Assembly (NCBI GenBank): GCA_900617105.1
Contig: UYFQ01000621.1
Coordinates: forward strand, 1-64,000
Reading direction: 5' to 3'
From: Hydrurus foetidus
Lineage: Eukaryota
DNA length: 64,000 nucleotides
The notes under the pieces were generated by a model. The model was not told where the DNA came from. It was given only the letters and a program-made list of their open reading frames with translations, and made no database searches. The position numbers and the translations under genes were made by a program. This document shows, in pieces, positions 1-12,574 of the stretch. The stretch's first letter is position 1. Every line of letters starts with the position of its first letter.

Positions 1-42
1 CCTCCCTCTCTCACCACCCACTTATCTCCTATCACCCAACAG

Positions 43-1746
<1,704 letters not shown>

Positions 1747-3006
1747 ATGTGACGAATATTTGTAAATATGTCATCTCTAATTTCAGTTACTTTGTTATAT
1801 GGGGATAGAGGAATACCTCGACTGAATCAGATGTTGTTCATTGGAATTTTTCTGGTCTTTTGTGTGGTCATTTGATTAATAATGTTAAATCTAAGATAAA
1901 TAATTTGTGGTACAACATAAGTACACTTAGTTGGATTTTTATTCATGTACTTACACTTCATATATGTACAGTTTATTTTTGTGTGATGAATATTATTGTA
2001 ATAAACGTAACACATTATTGCACGGAGTAATTGTACACGCAAAATAAATAATCATAGACTGAAATATTTATGAGATGAAATCTGCAATTATTACGTTTTT
2101 ATAATTTTGGATTAAGCAATTGCTAGAATAAATGTGTAAATGCAATTATTATTATTTGTTATTATTATGTGTTACTCTTTTGTGATCATAAGTAACAAAA
2201 TTTCTCTTTTGTAAAAAATTGAAAATTCGAATTTTTAGTAAAAATTATATGTCATTGCAATGAGATGAAATAGTGAAATGTAATAAGAAATTATTTTGTT
2301 TGCGGCATCACTGTTTCAATTTGACCAGCAAATCTATTTTGCATCTGATAAGTATACGTGATGTTTCGATGGCAGTGTAATATCTCGATCCCATATTTCC
2401 GCATTCAGATCCAAGAGATTGAGGGCGGGAGAGATAATTGTGTCGTACACTGTACTGTGCAGTACACAGTGTATAATCCATTGTCATCATCCGTATCTAT
2501 CAATAAAATGCAGAGTCATATTAGAAATGCTGGTCCCTGGTTGGAGACATTACCTGGGACAGGATGAGATATCTCATTTGGCTAAGACACCATTACATAT
2601 CTTCATACAGATACTGAATCGATCCCCCACACGGCAGGCTCGGAAGAACGGTCCTCTTCAGCCATACGGTATGGTACGGTACGTACGGTAGAGAAATAAC
2701 AAATCCAATTTTGGCACGCACATGACGGAGTAGTGCGCGTGTGTGAAGAATGTGCCTCACTCTCTTCGAAGTCCAAGTCTCTCACTTCGCACAATATTAG
2801 GACTTGGGATTGATTCGGGTTCGATGTTCGGGTTCTAACTGACTGGTCTGTCTCGTTCGATGGCTGGCCAACTCAACTCAATTGAGCTCACCTCAACTCA
2901 ACTCATACTTTGTTCGTGAGAACAGTCTTCGAATCGGTGTGCCTCCCACTCTGCTGAACTAAAATAGAGCAACAGGAATTTCAGCAGGTGCCAACATCTC
3001 AACGAT

Positions 3007-3172
3007 CGTGTTTAACTGCTGATCCACTTTTAATCTGGACCCACCCTATAGATGACAATCCACACACACTAACTGTACCGTACTGAAAACGTATGGTACA
3101 GAAAGTGTGTGTGAATTGTCGCTTATAGGGGTAGGTCTAGATTAAAAGTAGATCAGCAATAAGCACGCCCCT
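3007..3172. mobile_element. Foldback MITE, family 1, copy 1
   Basis: Arms GTGTTTAACTGCTGATCCACTTTTAATCTGGACCCACCCTATA and TATAGGGGTAGGTCTAGATTAAAAGTAGATCAGCAATAAGCAC are imperfect inverted repeats; related copies at about 39016 and 56577. Confidence 0.75.
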
Positions 3173-3285
3173 TGATCTGCCATACAAGAGATTGTAGAGA
3201 CTGATTGCCTTGGGGCTGCATAACAGCAATATTTCAATAGCTGAAAATAAGTGTCATTCAACCATTTATTTTGATAATTGTCTAG

Positions 3286-3369
3286 GTAAATCAATTGCAA
3301 TGGTGTGCGCCACATGAGGACTGGGTGGGCATCTGCTACAACAACTGTGTTCAAATACTAAAAGTGTAA
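3286..3369 (+). other. Second copy of the DCAF7 terminal coding exon (candidate alternative last exon)
   Basis: 84-bp exon identical to 1663-1746 except a synonymous CAC>CAT; keeps the TGTCTAG acceptor, the stop codon and about 38 bp of 3' UTR. Confidence 0.85.
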
Positions 3370-4114
3370 ATGTGACGAATATTTGTAAATATGTTATCTC
3401 TAATTTCGCTGACATATTGAGTTTTAACAAAACTTCACTTCTGTAAACAATTGGAAAATTCAAACTATATCAAGTAAAAGGTTGCCTTTACTGCAATAGC
3501 ATAGTAGCAAATAAGTACGAATCAAACACTAGTAAAGCGATGATCAAAATGAAATGAACCATTTTTCGTGATTGGTTTCAACCCTCTTCCTAACCCGAAT
3601 GTAATTCAGCAATAAAAAAAATTCTCTGCTGAGATACGGCAGTATTATTCCATATGATAACGGTGACCTGTATTTGTCCTTATAAAAAACTGCTTAGAAA
3701 AGTATTCGTCTTCTTTGAATTGAGTGAAAAATAGCATAAACTTACGCCATTCTCACTGATATGATAATTATTACCTCCTCATCATAGTACTGCAAAATTA
3801 TAAAGCTTTCACTGGGGAGACAAAAATAAAATTAAAATTTGAATGTACAGAAAATAATCAAGTAAAATGTTACCAAAAAAGAACTTTAGATGTAGATATC
3901 GAAGACAGATTAACAGATGTCCAATAATTAATCGCGTAGTGAATACTACTTTCTCATTTCCTTTTACCGATTCATATCAACAGCATTTATCAACAAGAAA
4001 ATGTAGAGATGATAACATGTAGTAGAAGTAACGGAGGGAGAAAAGAATGTACGGCACAGAAGATAAGATGACGTCATCATAATACAAATCCTTAGGAACA
4101 TCGGAACGCTATCT

Positions 4115-4726
4115 TCAATCAAGAAGTGGCATTGAATCAAAGGTATATCCCCTCCACTTTCTCCACGCTCCAAACAAGCTAACCACTCCATAGCTACCGG
4201 GCAGAAGCACTGCAGAAGATAGGATGCAGAAGATAGGAACATTAGAAACTGTTCGGAAATCAGCATCTACTAGATATGACTGAAGAGACTATCAAGTGAT
4301 ATGAGAGTTAGCATCAATGTGTGCGTAGTCAAGATAGTAGAGGTGTAGGTAGTAAAGATGAAGCCCAATTCAAGACTTACTTACTGCCCCGATGATGAGG
4401 ATGTCGAGGCCCTGGCCTTTCGAGGCAATTGGGCTCGATTCGCTATAAATTACGGCACCTACGACAAGTAGAATGATCCCACCAACGAACAGTATTACCG
4501 CTGACGCAATTGTACGAAGGCCGGGTCGGACATGATGATTGACTGGAGCGCTATCCCTTGTGGACGAAGTCACATCTCGCGATCGCTTCTGTGACTGCAA
4601 ATACGCGGAGCTTGGCTGAAGGGGATTATGCACAGGTTGAGAAACTTCTATATCAGCATCTCCAGAGAAATTGATAACATCAGATGGGTTATGGCTTCCG
4701 CGACCCATTCTTTTTGATAACTGCAT
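4115..4726 (-). CDS. TMEM230/TMEM134 (DUF872)-family small membrane protein; exons 4726-4381 and 4209-4115
   Basis: Two hydrophobic segments; spliced C-terminus IIGAV/MLLPGSYGVVSLFGAWRKWRGYTFDSMPLLD* fits the family pattern PG.Y....GY.F..P..D; 441 nt in frame. Confidence 0.8.
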
Positions 4727-5096
4727 CAGCTATTCGAGTCAGGCGGGGCGCGACAAACTTTGCTACAACTTTTTGTTCGTAAACGAAATGCAAGCCAGCA
4801 CCAAGAAGTCGTGAGAGGTCTGACGTCGAAGTAATCTCGATTTTTGTCCGCGATATTTTTTTGATGTCTTCAGATACAGATAAATGCTGAGAGTCTCTCA
4901 GTGTTATTCCAAGACGATTCTGTACCTACCGAAAAATACCGTTACTATCCGGCATACTGCGCGGCAGTTCAAACTTAAAACTACCGTATACTATAAACAT
5001 AAACTGAAGTAAGCTCAACAACGTCACGCTTGAGCTTAGTTCATACAATCCTGTTGAAGTAAAGCATTCTACGCATTTAAAAGATATCTGCAAACG

Positions 5097-6710
5097 ATGG
5101 GCGCAGCCGCGAGCATAGTGCACTGTTCTTCAAAAATATTACTCGCGAACACAACCATTGAGGAGGGTCCTATCCCACAGACCGCTTTGTGTTCAGAAAT
5201 AATGAGGGTAGCAGGCGGTTCGGTGGTAGAGTTCTCTCTCGATGGCTCTCATCCTAATGGAAGCAATAATGGTTGCTCAACCGGTACACCTTATTCGTTC
5301 TTGCCTGATTTTGCGAGAAAAGTCGATTCCGTCGGAGCCTCTTCATTTTGTTTATTCGTCGTGCCATCAAAAGATAACGAAAGCAAGGGAGACTTCTTAT
5401 ACTATGTTTCTGAGGGATGATTACATTCAGTATAATGGATGAATAATATTGGATGCGCAGTATAGTGGATGCTGTCAAGCTTGAGAATCCGATGTATGGA
5501 GCAAGAGCTTCGAGAGTATTTGCGCACCGTAATGTCACAGGAATCAAGAATTCTTCCCGAAACCATATGGAGACTTCACATTTCTCTGCAATAATGTGAA
5601 TACTTTTCAACACGCTCTTGTCGGAATATTGAAATATCAAGGTCAGCGATACGAGTCATCGCTTACGGCTTGCCCTGCTCAACCCTGATCGGATTGCCTC
5701 CTCACTTTACGGGCGATGAATAACATCGTTGAGCGGATCCCTACAAAACTCTCAACTCCTGTCTAGAAATTTCATTCTTGAGGTTGTGACTCCTGTGCCG
5801 TGCATCGAGGGATGAATTTAATTGGGAAAATATATCACATATCTGATTGCTGTGGGAACATTCTTTGGCCTTCTGTATTCCATTCGAGATCTTATCCTCC
5901 TAACAACTCTACCAAGGCAGAACTGTAGAGGCAAATACAGAAAATCTCAGCACATCATTCCTAATGTCTAAGATAAGTGCAGATCTTAACACTACTTATT
6001 GTCCATATTACTTTCTCCCTGGATGATTGTACCGAATACCGGATCTATTTAACCGTAGTGAAAATCACACGGAAGTAAGATTTATAATATCAGCAAGAGA
6101 TATCAAATGTACGTACGAATTGTTATCAGCGTGACAATCATACCCCAATTCCAAAAATTACGGAGGCATACCAGATTGCGTTTAATTGAGTGACGATTGC
6201 GGGTACAATTTTATAACTCGTACTGATAGATGATCTGCATGTTTATTTGAGATGCTGAGGGGAGTCATCCTATTCGCTGTATTTTTACAACTACTTCTAT
6301 TCATTTACTTTGCACCTCTTCGGGTAATCCTTGATGTTCTGAAGCATATGAAGATTTCTCTTTTTTCTCTTTCCATCCCTGCAGCAAGAAGGTTTCTTGT
6401 TTTTTTCTAAGCTGTGAAATCAGTACGGCTAGATACTCTCCTGTCTAAAATGCACGAAAAGCATGGAAATTTACCCATCGCATTTATTCCTCACAGCGAA
6501 TTACCGATTCCTCTCTTTAATCTGGATATTTCAACTGATAATCGCATGAGAATTTTAGTAAAACACTCCGTAAAATTTATCATTTGAAATATGAATCTTC
6601 ATCTCAGTACAATAGTTAAAAAAATAGGACCAATTTATTGACCGTTAGTCATGTCTCCTGAGTGCGGTCGTGATCTATTGGAAGTAGAATGGACAGATGA
6701 CAAATGAGAA
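5097..6710 (+). pseudogene. Possible decayed gene starting MGAAAS (myristoylation-like N-terminus); family unknown
   Basis: 107-codon ORF followed by coding-like sequence broken by stops and frameshifts; the 3' limit is a guess. Confidence 0.3.
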
Positions 6711-7326
6711 ACGCATCAAATGTCAAATAGGCTAGTTTCTATTTCTGGGATGAAATGAGATGAAACTGCCGCGGGCGTTTATCTAGCCATATATTTGTAC
6801 TTCAATTACACATACGAAATACAGAATACACTTTTTACGCAGCTTCTATGATAGTTACTGTACTGCTCTTACGTATTAAGTCAATGACGAAATTTTACCA
6901 AACGCTCAATTTTCCGAGATGTTACTTTATATTATCAATACGTTCTACACCTACATAGTTTACATTCGGATACAGCACAGAAAGCGAAGCAAACAACTGA
7001 AAGCAGCATGAAATCGCGCTCATATTATGTAACGCAGAAATCAGAAATCTGCCCTCTCACAGTAGCCTACATTCTACAATTTCTGTGGTTTTCGGTAGTT
7101 GAAGTGTTATCAAACGTAGCATACAATAAGTGACCATCTAATAGGTAAGACAGATCATACTGTCTACTTAATGCCGAGACTCCACAATATTTGTTTTGAT
7201 CTAGAATATACAGGAACTAATCAAAGTGGTACTCATGCGTATTACAACACACCGTATAGATTCCTATACAACATTCTCATTGAATGAGAAACTGACAGAA
7301 TCAATATCAAATTCAAACAGCAGTTG

Positions 7327-8127
7327 CTAATACTGCAGTGTAGAAAAAAATGGTGCCATTCTGATACGGCATTCGTTGGCGATATAAATAGTCGCTGTTA
7401 CGTTAAGAGTTCTCCAGGCTGCTCCAGAATACAATCTTCCTAACCCTCCTTCTTTCCATAATATCCTCCCAGTTTGCCTCATGGAGAATATTTCATTTGG
7501 AAAAGCGTGGAGACTCTTAGCCTGCATACACGTTTTTATAATGTCGAATGGGTGCGATGGTAGAGCTGCTACAATACCGCCAGCAAGCGATGCATAGAAC
7601 CCAGCGCTAGCTACAGAATAGTTTTCCTCTTCAACAAGATACGTCTGTAATAATGGGGTTACTCCTAACATTCCAGTGACATAGATAGAATCTCTCGCGA
7701 TCGTCGGAAGAAGTCCTCTGAAGATTTTGTTTCCTTGTAGAACAGATATAAATGTTCCGATAGCTGATCCACCTCTCATCTGCTGTTGGATCATTACCAA
7801 CTCAACAGGGCAAGCGAAGAAAGCTGCACTCACACCGCCCAGTGAAGCAGATATAAATTCCTGAGTTTTCCGTTCTCCCTTGCTACTACTAGTTACCAAA
7901 TGTTTCTGATAGAAACCTGTGAAACAGAACTGGAGCCCCATCATTTGGCACTCATTGAAAATTGATGCAGCTGTGCCCCTATACACTACCAGTGGATTCA
8001 CACTGAACGGCAAATTTAAAGCGCGAGCATTCTTCCAATAGACTGTAGGCTGCAGTATGATTCCCTCGATGAAGGCTGCAGTAATACCGAGGAGTGTGTT
8101 CTGAGTCTCAGTCAAATCTTTGGACAT
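7327..8127 (-). CDS. Mitochondrial carrier family (SLC25) protein, intronless, 266 aa
   Basis: Three carrier repeats with Px[DE]xx[KR]-type signatures PTVYWKN, PVELVMIQQQ and PFDIIKTCMQ, plus YRG/FRG/YSG motifs. Confidence 0.92.
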   Translation of the reverse strand: MSKDLTETQNTLLGITAAFIEGIILQPTVYWKNARALNLPFSVNPLVVYRGTAASIFNECQMMGLQFCFTGFYQKHLVTSSSKGERKTQEFISASLGGVSAAFFACPVELVMIQQQMRGGSAIGTFISVLQGNKIFRGLLPTIARDSIYVTGMLGVTPLLQTYLVEEENYSVASAGFYASLAGGIVAALPSHPFDIIKTCMQAKSLHAFPNEIFSMRQTGRILWKEGGLGRLYSGAAWRTLNVTATIYIANECRIRMAPFFSTLQY

Positions 8128-8331
8128 CTTTCTGCAAAATCGAGAAGATCCTATGCTACCAGTTGATTTTAGGACGGTTGCGATTCTTTTTGATAGATCA
8201 CATTAAAGTACTATATAATCCATAGCGAAACAGGTCGAAAACTGAGCAGCACTATCTGTCATCTGCTGAAAATTCAGCAAAGAGATACAGAAACTGAGAA
8301 AGTCCTCTAAACTCTATGTAAGTCTTCTACC

Positions 8332-8785
8332 TAGGGTCTGACCGATCCGACGTTTCAAAATCCCAAAACGACGAAATCAGGACCCCAAAACGTCGGACCC
8401 TTTTTTCATGCTATATACATGCAAAATATTGATTTTAATCACTGTTTTGTATGCGTGTAGATTATTTAGTGCCATTACAGTAATTAAAATCACTTTCTGT
8501 CAAACTAGTGGCTCCTTCAAAATCGCTCTTTTTCGTTAACTATAGCATGATCTGGACATTTGGAGGGGCCCAAAATAAAAATAAAATCTAATCCGCATAT
8601 TAGTTTTCACTTTTTAGTATTGTTTTGGATGTATCTCGTTAAGAGTCGGACGATGCAATTTTTCAAATTGAAAATCCTTCTATGGTTAGCGAGGAATGTT
8701 CACAAAATCGGAAAAAAACTGACTGATTTTGGTCTCCCATACTAAAACGTCGAAAACGCGGGGACGTCGGATCGGTCAGACCCTA
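8332..8785. mobile_element. Non-autonomous hAT-type element (MITE), 454 bp
   Basis: Perfect 22-bp TIRs TAGGGTCTGACCGATCCGACGT (8332-8353, 8764-8785); 8-bp TSD CTTCTACC (8324-8331, 8786-8793); AAAACG(A/T)CG subterminal motifs. Confidence 0.92.
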
Positions 8786-8974
8786 CTTCTACCTTATGAC
8801 CCAAAATAAAATATTCCGTCTGCTGTATATCTCTGCATATACAGAATGCAGAAAGTAAAAAATACCGTTTTCAAGTCGTAGTTGATGTTCGATGTTCATC
8901 TCATACCTCATGATATGCATTCTCAATTATGACATCACATCGCTTTTGAGGAAAGCTGCCGACGAAAATTGAAA

Positions 8975-11900
8975 ATGCTCTTCTTCTGTCTTCTCCTAGC
9001 ATTCACGTCGCCGAACGATGGCTACATGAGAAATTATGGTCGAAAAGGATCAAAATTTCTTGTCAAACAGGCCTCTCCAAGACATTTCACGATCGATCCA
9101 ACCTACAGCAGCATTTCCAGTGAGTTACGTCATTTGTGTAGCCTCACTCTCGCCTCATTCATATACGCACATCAGTACCATCGCCATCATCCCCACCCTG
9201 CGTTTTCGCTGGCATGCGTTTGTAAACTGACTGAATTCGATCATGGCTTCTGATTTAATGTATCCTTGACAGGTGACGATGCAGAAGAGAGTTGGAGCGA
9301 CACTGCATCGCTTCTGGGAGATCTTTTTAAACTTTCAGCTACACCAGTCTCCATCGTGCAGCTATGCGACAGAGTCGATTCTGCAAGAACAGGCAGCAGA
9401 GAATATATTTTACTGACTCTTAGAAGACAAGCATTGCTATCTGACATGCTCAAAAGTGACAGAATTCAGTATCTGGAAACAGTTAAATTCTTAGGTGCCA
9501 GGATACCTCGCAAAGATCTTCCTAATCTACAGAACGTTCCATATTTCAATTATGACAAAGTAGCGGAATTCACGTTAGTTGAAGATCAGGCAGTCAATGT
9601 GAACGACTTCCTGATAAACGACTGCGCGCTTCCTAACGCAACATTCGTAGAATCTCCTCTGGATGTATTGCTCCTAGGAATATTCCGAAATTTGGTTCAA
9701 AAAGAAGTTAATTTCAAATCAGAAACGCCGGGTATTAGAGGATTGTTGGAAGAAGGAAAACATTATTACATCAGCGAGTTGGGAGCGGTCACAGAGAATC
9801 AACATGCCTTTGTTAGAAGGACTTTAGGCGCTTTGTTGACTCCGGTTTTACCTCCTTTTTATCGCATTTTTATGGCTGGCATGATACCAAGGTAAAAGTA
9901 TGTAATTCTTCTGTTCTATTCTGATTCCTAGTAGCTGATGCTCCGATTCCCATCGATTGGTACTATGAATTATTGACGAATTGTTGATTTCATTTCAGTT
10001 GGAAAAAAATGTCTTTTATCGTATAATTAGCAGATATCCGACAAAAATACTGTTCACTGAAATAGAGGGGTTTATTTTCAGGATTTAATCTTAACGAATG
10101 TTGTGACAGTATTTTTTCAAAAGTTATGAAATTTGGTCTTACGTACGACATAGGATTTAATGATGTACATCTATTACTATATGAATTATTCTGAATGGAT
10201 TTTTTTAGATTATTTATTTACTATCGAAATTTATTCTCATGTAAGGAGAAAAATTTAAAATCTCTACCTCTAATATGCAACACTACATTGATGGTCTTAC
10301 TCACGTATCTATTTCTGATTTTCATTCGATTTCTTTTTTAGAAATTACCTAGTTTTTCACAATATACTCCTTAAAATTATCATTTCTGATTTATTATTAA
10401 TATTTTCAGTGCCGAAAGGGGAGATCCGAAATGGCTAATAAGCACCTCAGATTATCTTTTAGAAGCAATTAGAAATATTTCTTTCATCGGTGAAAGTCAA
10501 TGGGGTAAAGAAAATTTAGTACCAGGGAAACAGTTCGGTCCTCTTTTTTATGCACCTTTTTTAACTAGTGTGGTTACGCCACCCTTTTTGAATTTTTTAG
10601 TCGGTGAGTAATTCATAAATATTTCTTAGTATTGTTTGTCGCTCGTTACACAACTTGAAGTTCGTAGCGTTATTTTGATCATCTCTCTTTGTTTTTTTCA
10701 TTTTTTCTCTTTATCGATTTATCCTATTACGGTGGCATCTTTAACATCTGAGTCACACATTTTTTTCGCAATTCTGCGTATTGAACGTACAGGTCCATCC
10801 CGTACGAACAGACGGAAAGACGGAGAGCTTGGCGGTATTGTGGTGGAGAAATGCAAATTTCTTCAAGAAAGCGGGTGCAAGGGGTTGTGTCTCCATCAGT
10901 GCAAACTACCGGTAAGTCGATGATTAATTGTTAGGGGGAGAATGGAGATAAAAGAAAAAGGATGGATTATTGGTCATTGGTGAAATGAGAGCAAGATAGA
11001 TATACATGCATACAGACACACATATATATATACATGCATGCATACAGACTTACATACGCACATACATACATACATACATACATACAGACATACATACATA
11101 CATACATACATACATACACACGTACATACATACATACATACATACACACATACATACATACATACATACATACATACATACATACATACATACATACGTA
11201 CATACATACATACATACATACATACATACATACATACATACATACATACATACATACATACATACATACATACATACATACACCACACCATACATACATA
11301 CATACATACATACATACATACATTCTATACATATGCCACATACATACAATACATACATACATACATACATACATACATACATACATACATACATACATAC
11401 ATTACATATATACATACATACATACATACATACATTACATACACATGCATATACATATACATACATGCATACATACATACATACATACATACATACATAC
11501 ATACATGCATACATACATACATCATAATAGATAAAAAGAAAGAGTTAGAAGTTATCCCAAAGTACATACAATTGAATTGTCTTACTTAACATTTTTTTGC
11601 CACTCTATTCGTCCTAGGCTCAGCAATTTTTCAAGGAGACCTTGGGTCTTTCCCTGACTGTGATTCCAGATTTCGATACCCAGGTAAAAAACGTTCTTTA
11701 GATATGCCTCTTGGCCATTACGATTCAGCACAATGATGTTGTGGCATCTTTTCCCATGCTTCGTGAAAATATTTTTTAGCTCCCTTTCTGCCGCAAGAGG
11801 AAGGGGGGCAGTGTGTCACAGTGCGGAATATATTTGCAATTTGTCTCGCTTGTTGTTATTTTGTGATTAATTTTATTGAAGCACAATCTTTTACATTGCC

Positions 11901-12226
11901 GTTTTATTATTATCATTATAGTAATTTTGTCACCTTTTATATTGCAATTTAGTATTTATTTTGACTACATTTTGTTCATATTTTGATTATTTGATAGCGC
12001 TTTATACTCATTCAGATTTAATTTTGTAATTATTTGTATTATATTTTGATTACTCTGTTATTATTATTATTTATTTATCTAGGCGTGTCAGTGGAGTTGG
12101 GGGGAAGAGCCCGTGACCCCGGAACTGGACCCCTCATTCCCCAAAGGGTGTTTGTCAAACTGTCCGACTCGATCGGAACTGAAGGAAAAGGAGGGTATTC
12201 GTAAAGGAACGATATGTAATGCATGA
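8975..12226 (+). CDS. D27: Beta-carotene isomerase D27-like (DUF4033) protein with N-terminal signal peptide; exons 8975-9119, 9273-9891, 10410-10603, 10793-10911, 11618-11683, 12083-12226
   Basis: Motif FLVGPS..GIVVEKCKFLQESGCKGLCLHQCKLPAQQFFKETLGLSLTVIPDFDTQACQWSWG is the Cys-rich D27 domain; phase-consistent GT-AG introns; hydrophobic N-terminus MLFFCLLLAF. Confidence 0.88.
11000..11522. repeat. (TACA)n intronic microsatellite
   Basis: Direct reading; inside D27 intron 4. Confidence 0.97.
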
Positions 12227-12249
12227 AATCATTATATTCATTATTGTTA

Positions 12250-12335
12250 CATCTGAGTAGTCTCGGTTTTTGAGGGCTTAATCCCGCTAAATTTAATCGA
12301 TTATTCTTCTACTGTGTAATTGCGCAGTGAGTCAC
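12250..12335. repeat. Short dispersed repeat, family 2 (MITE-like); related copies near 17001-17066, 37421-37527 and 39213-39316
   Basis: Shared motifs TCTGA(G/A)TAGTCTC and AATTTAA(T/C)CG(A/G)TTATTC..TAATT..GCAGTGAGTC. Confidence 0.6.
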
Positions 12336-12574
12336 ATCATATATGGCACGAAACGATAAATTTGAAGGAATTGGAAAATCACATTTGAGATTGTAGCGAA
12401 CTGCGAGATTGTGATAGAATTTTAACCGGATTGAGGGCACAACTGCCATCAAAGATTACGGTAGCCACGGTTGGTTCGTTATGAATCATTCTTCACTCCG
12501 ATGAAAGATTTGGGATGATTTGGAGTCACATGAATAAAACAACATACCAAGCTCGACGAAGCTTTCCAGTTGTT

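Noticed and set aside
10967..11589. MYVC/HTYI repeat ORFs
   Set aside because: Translations of the intronic (TACA)n microsatellite.
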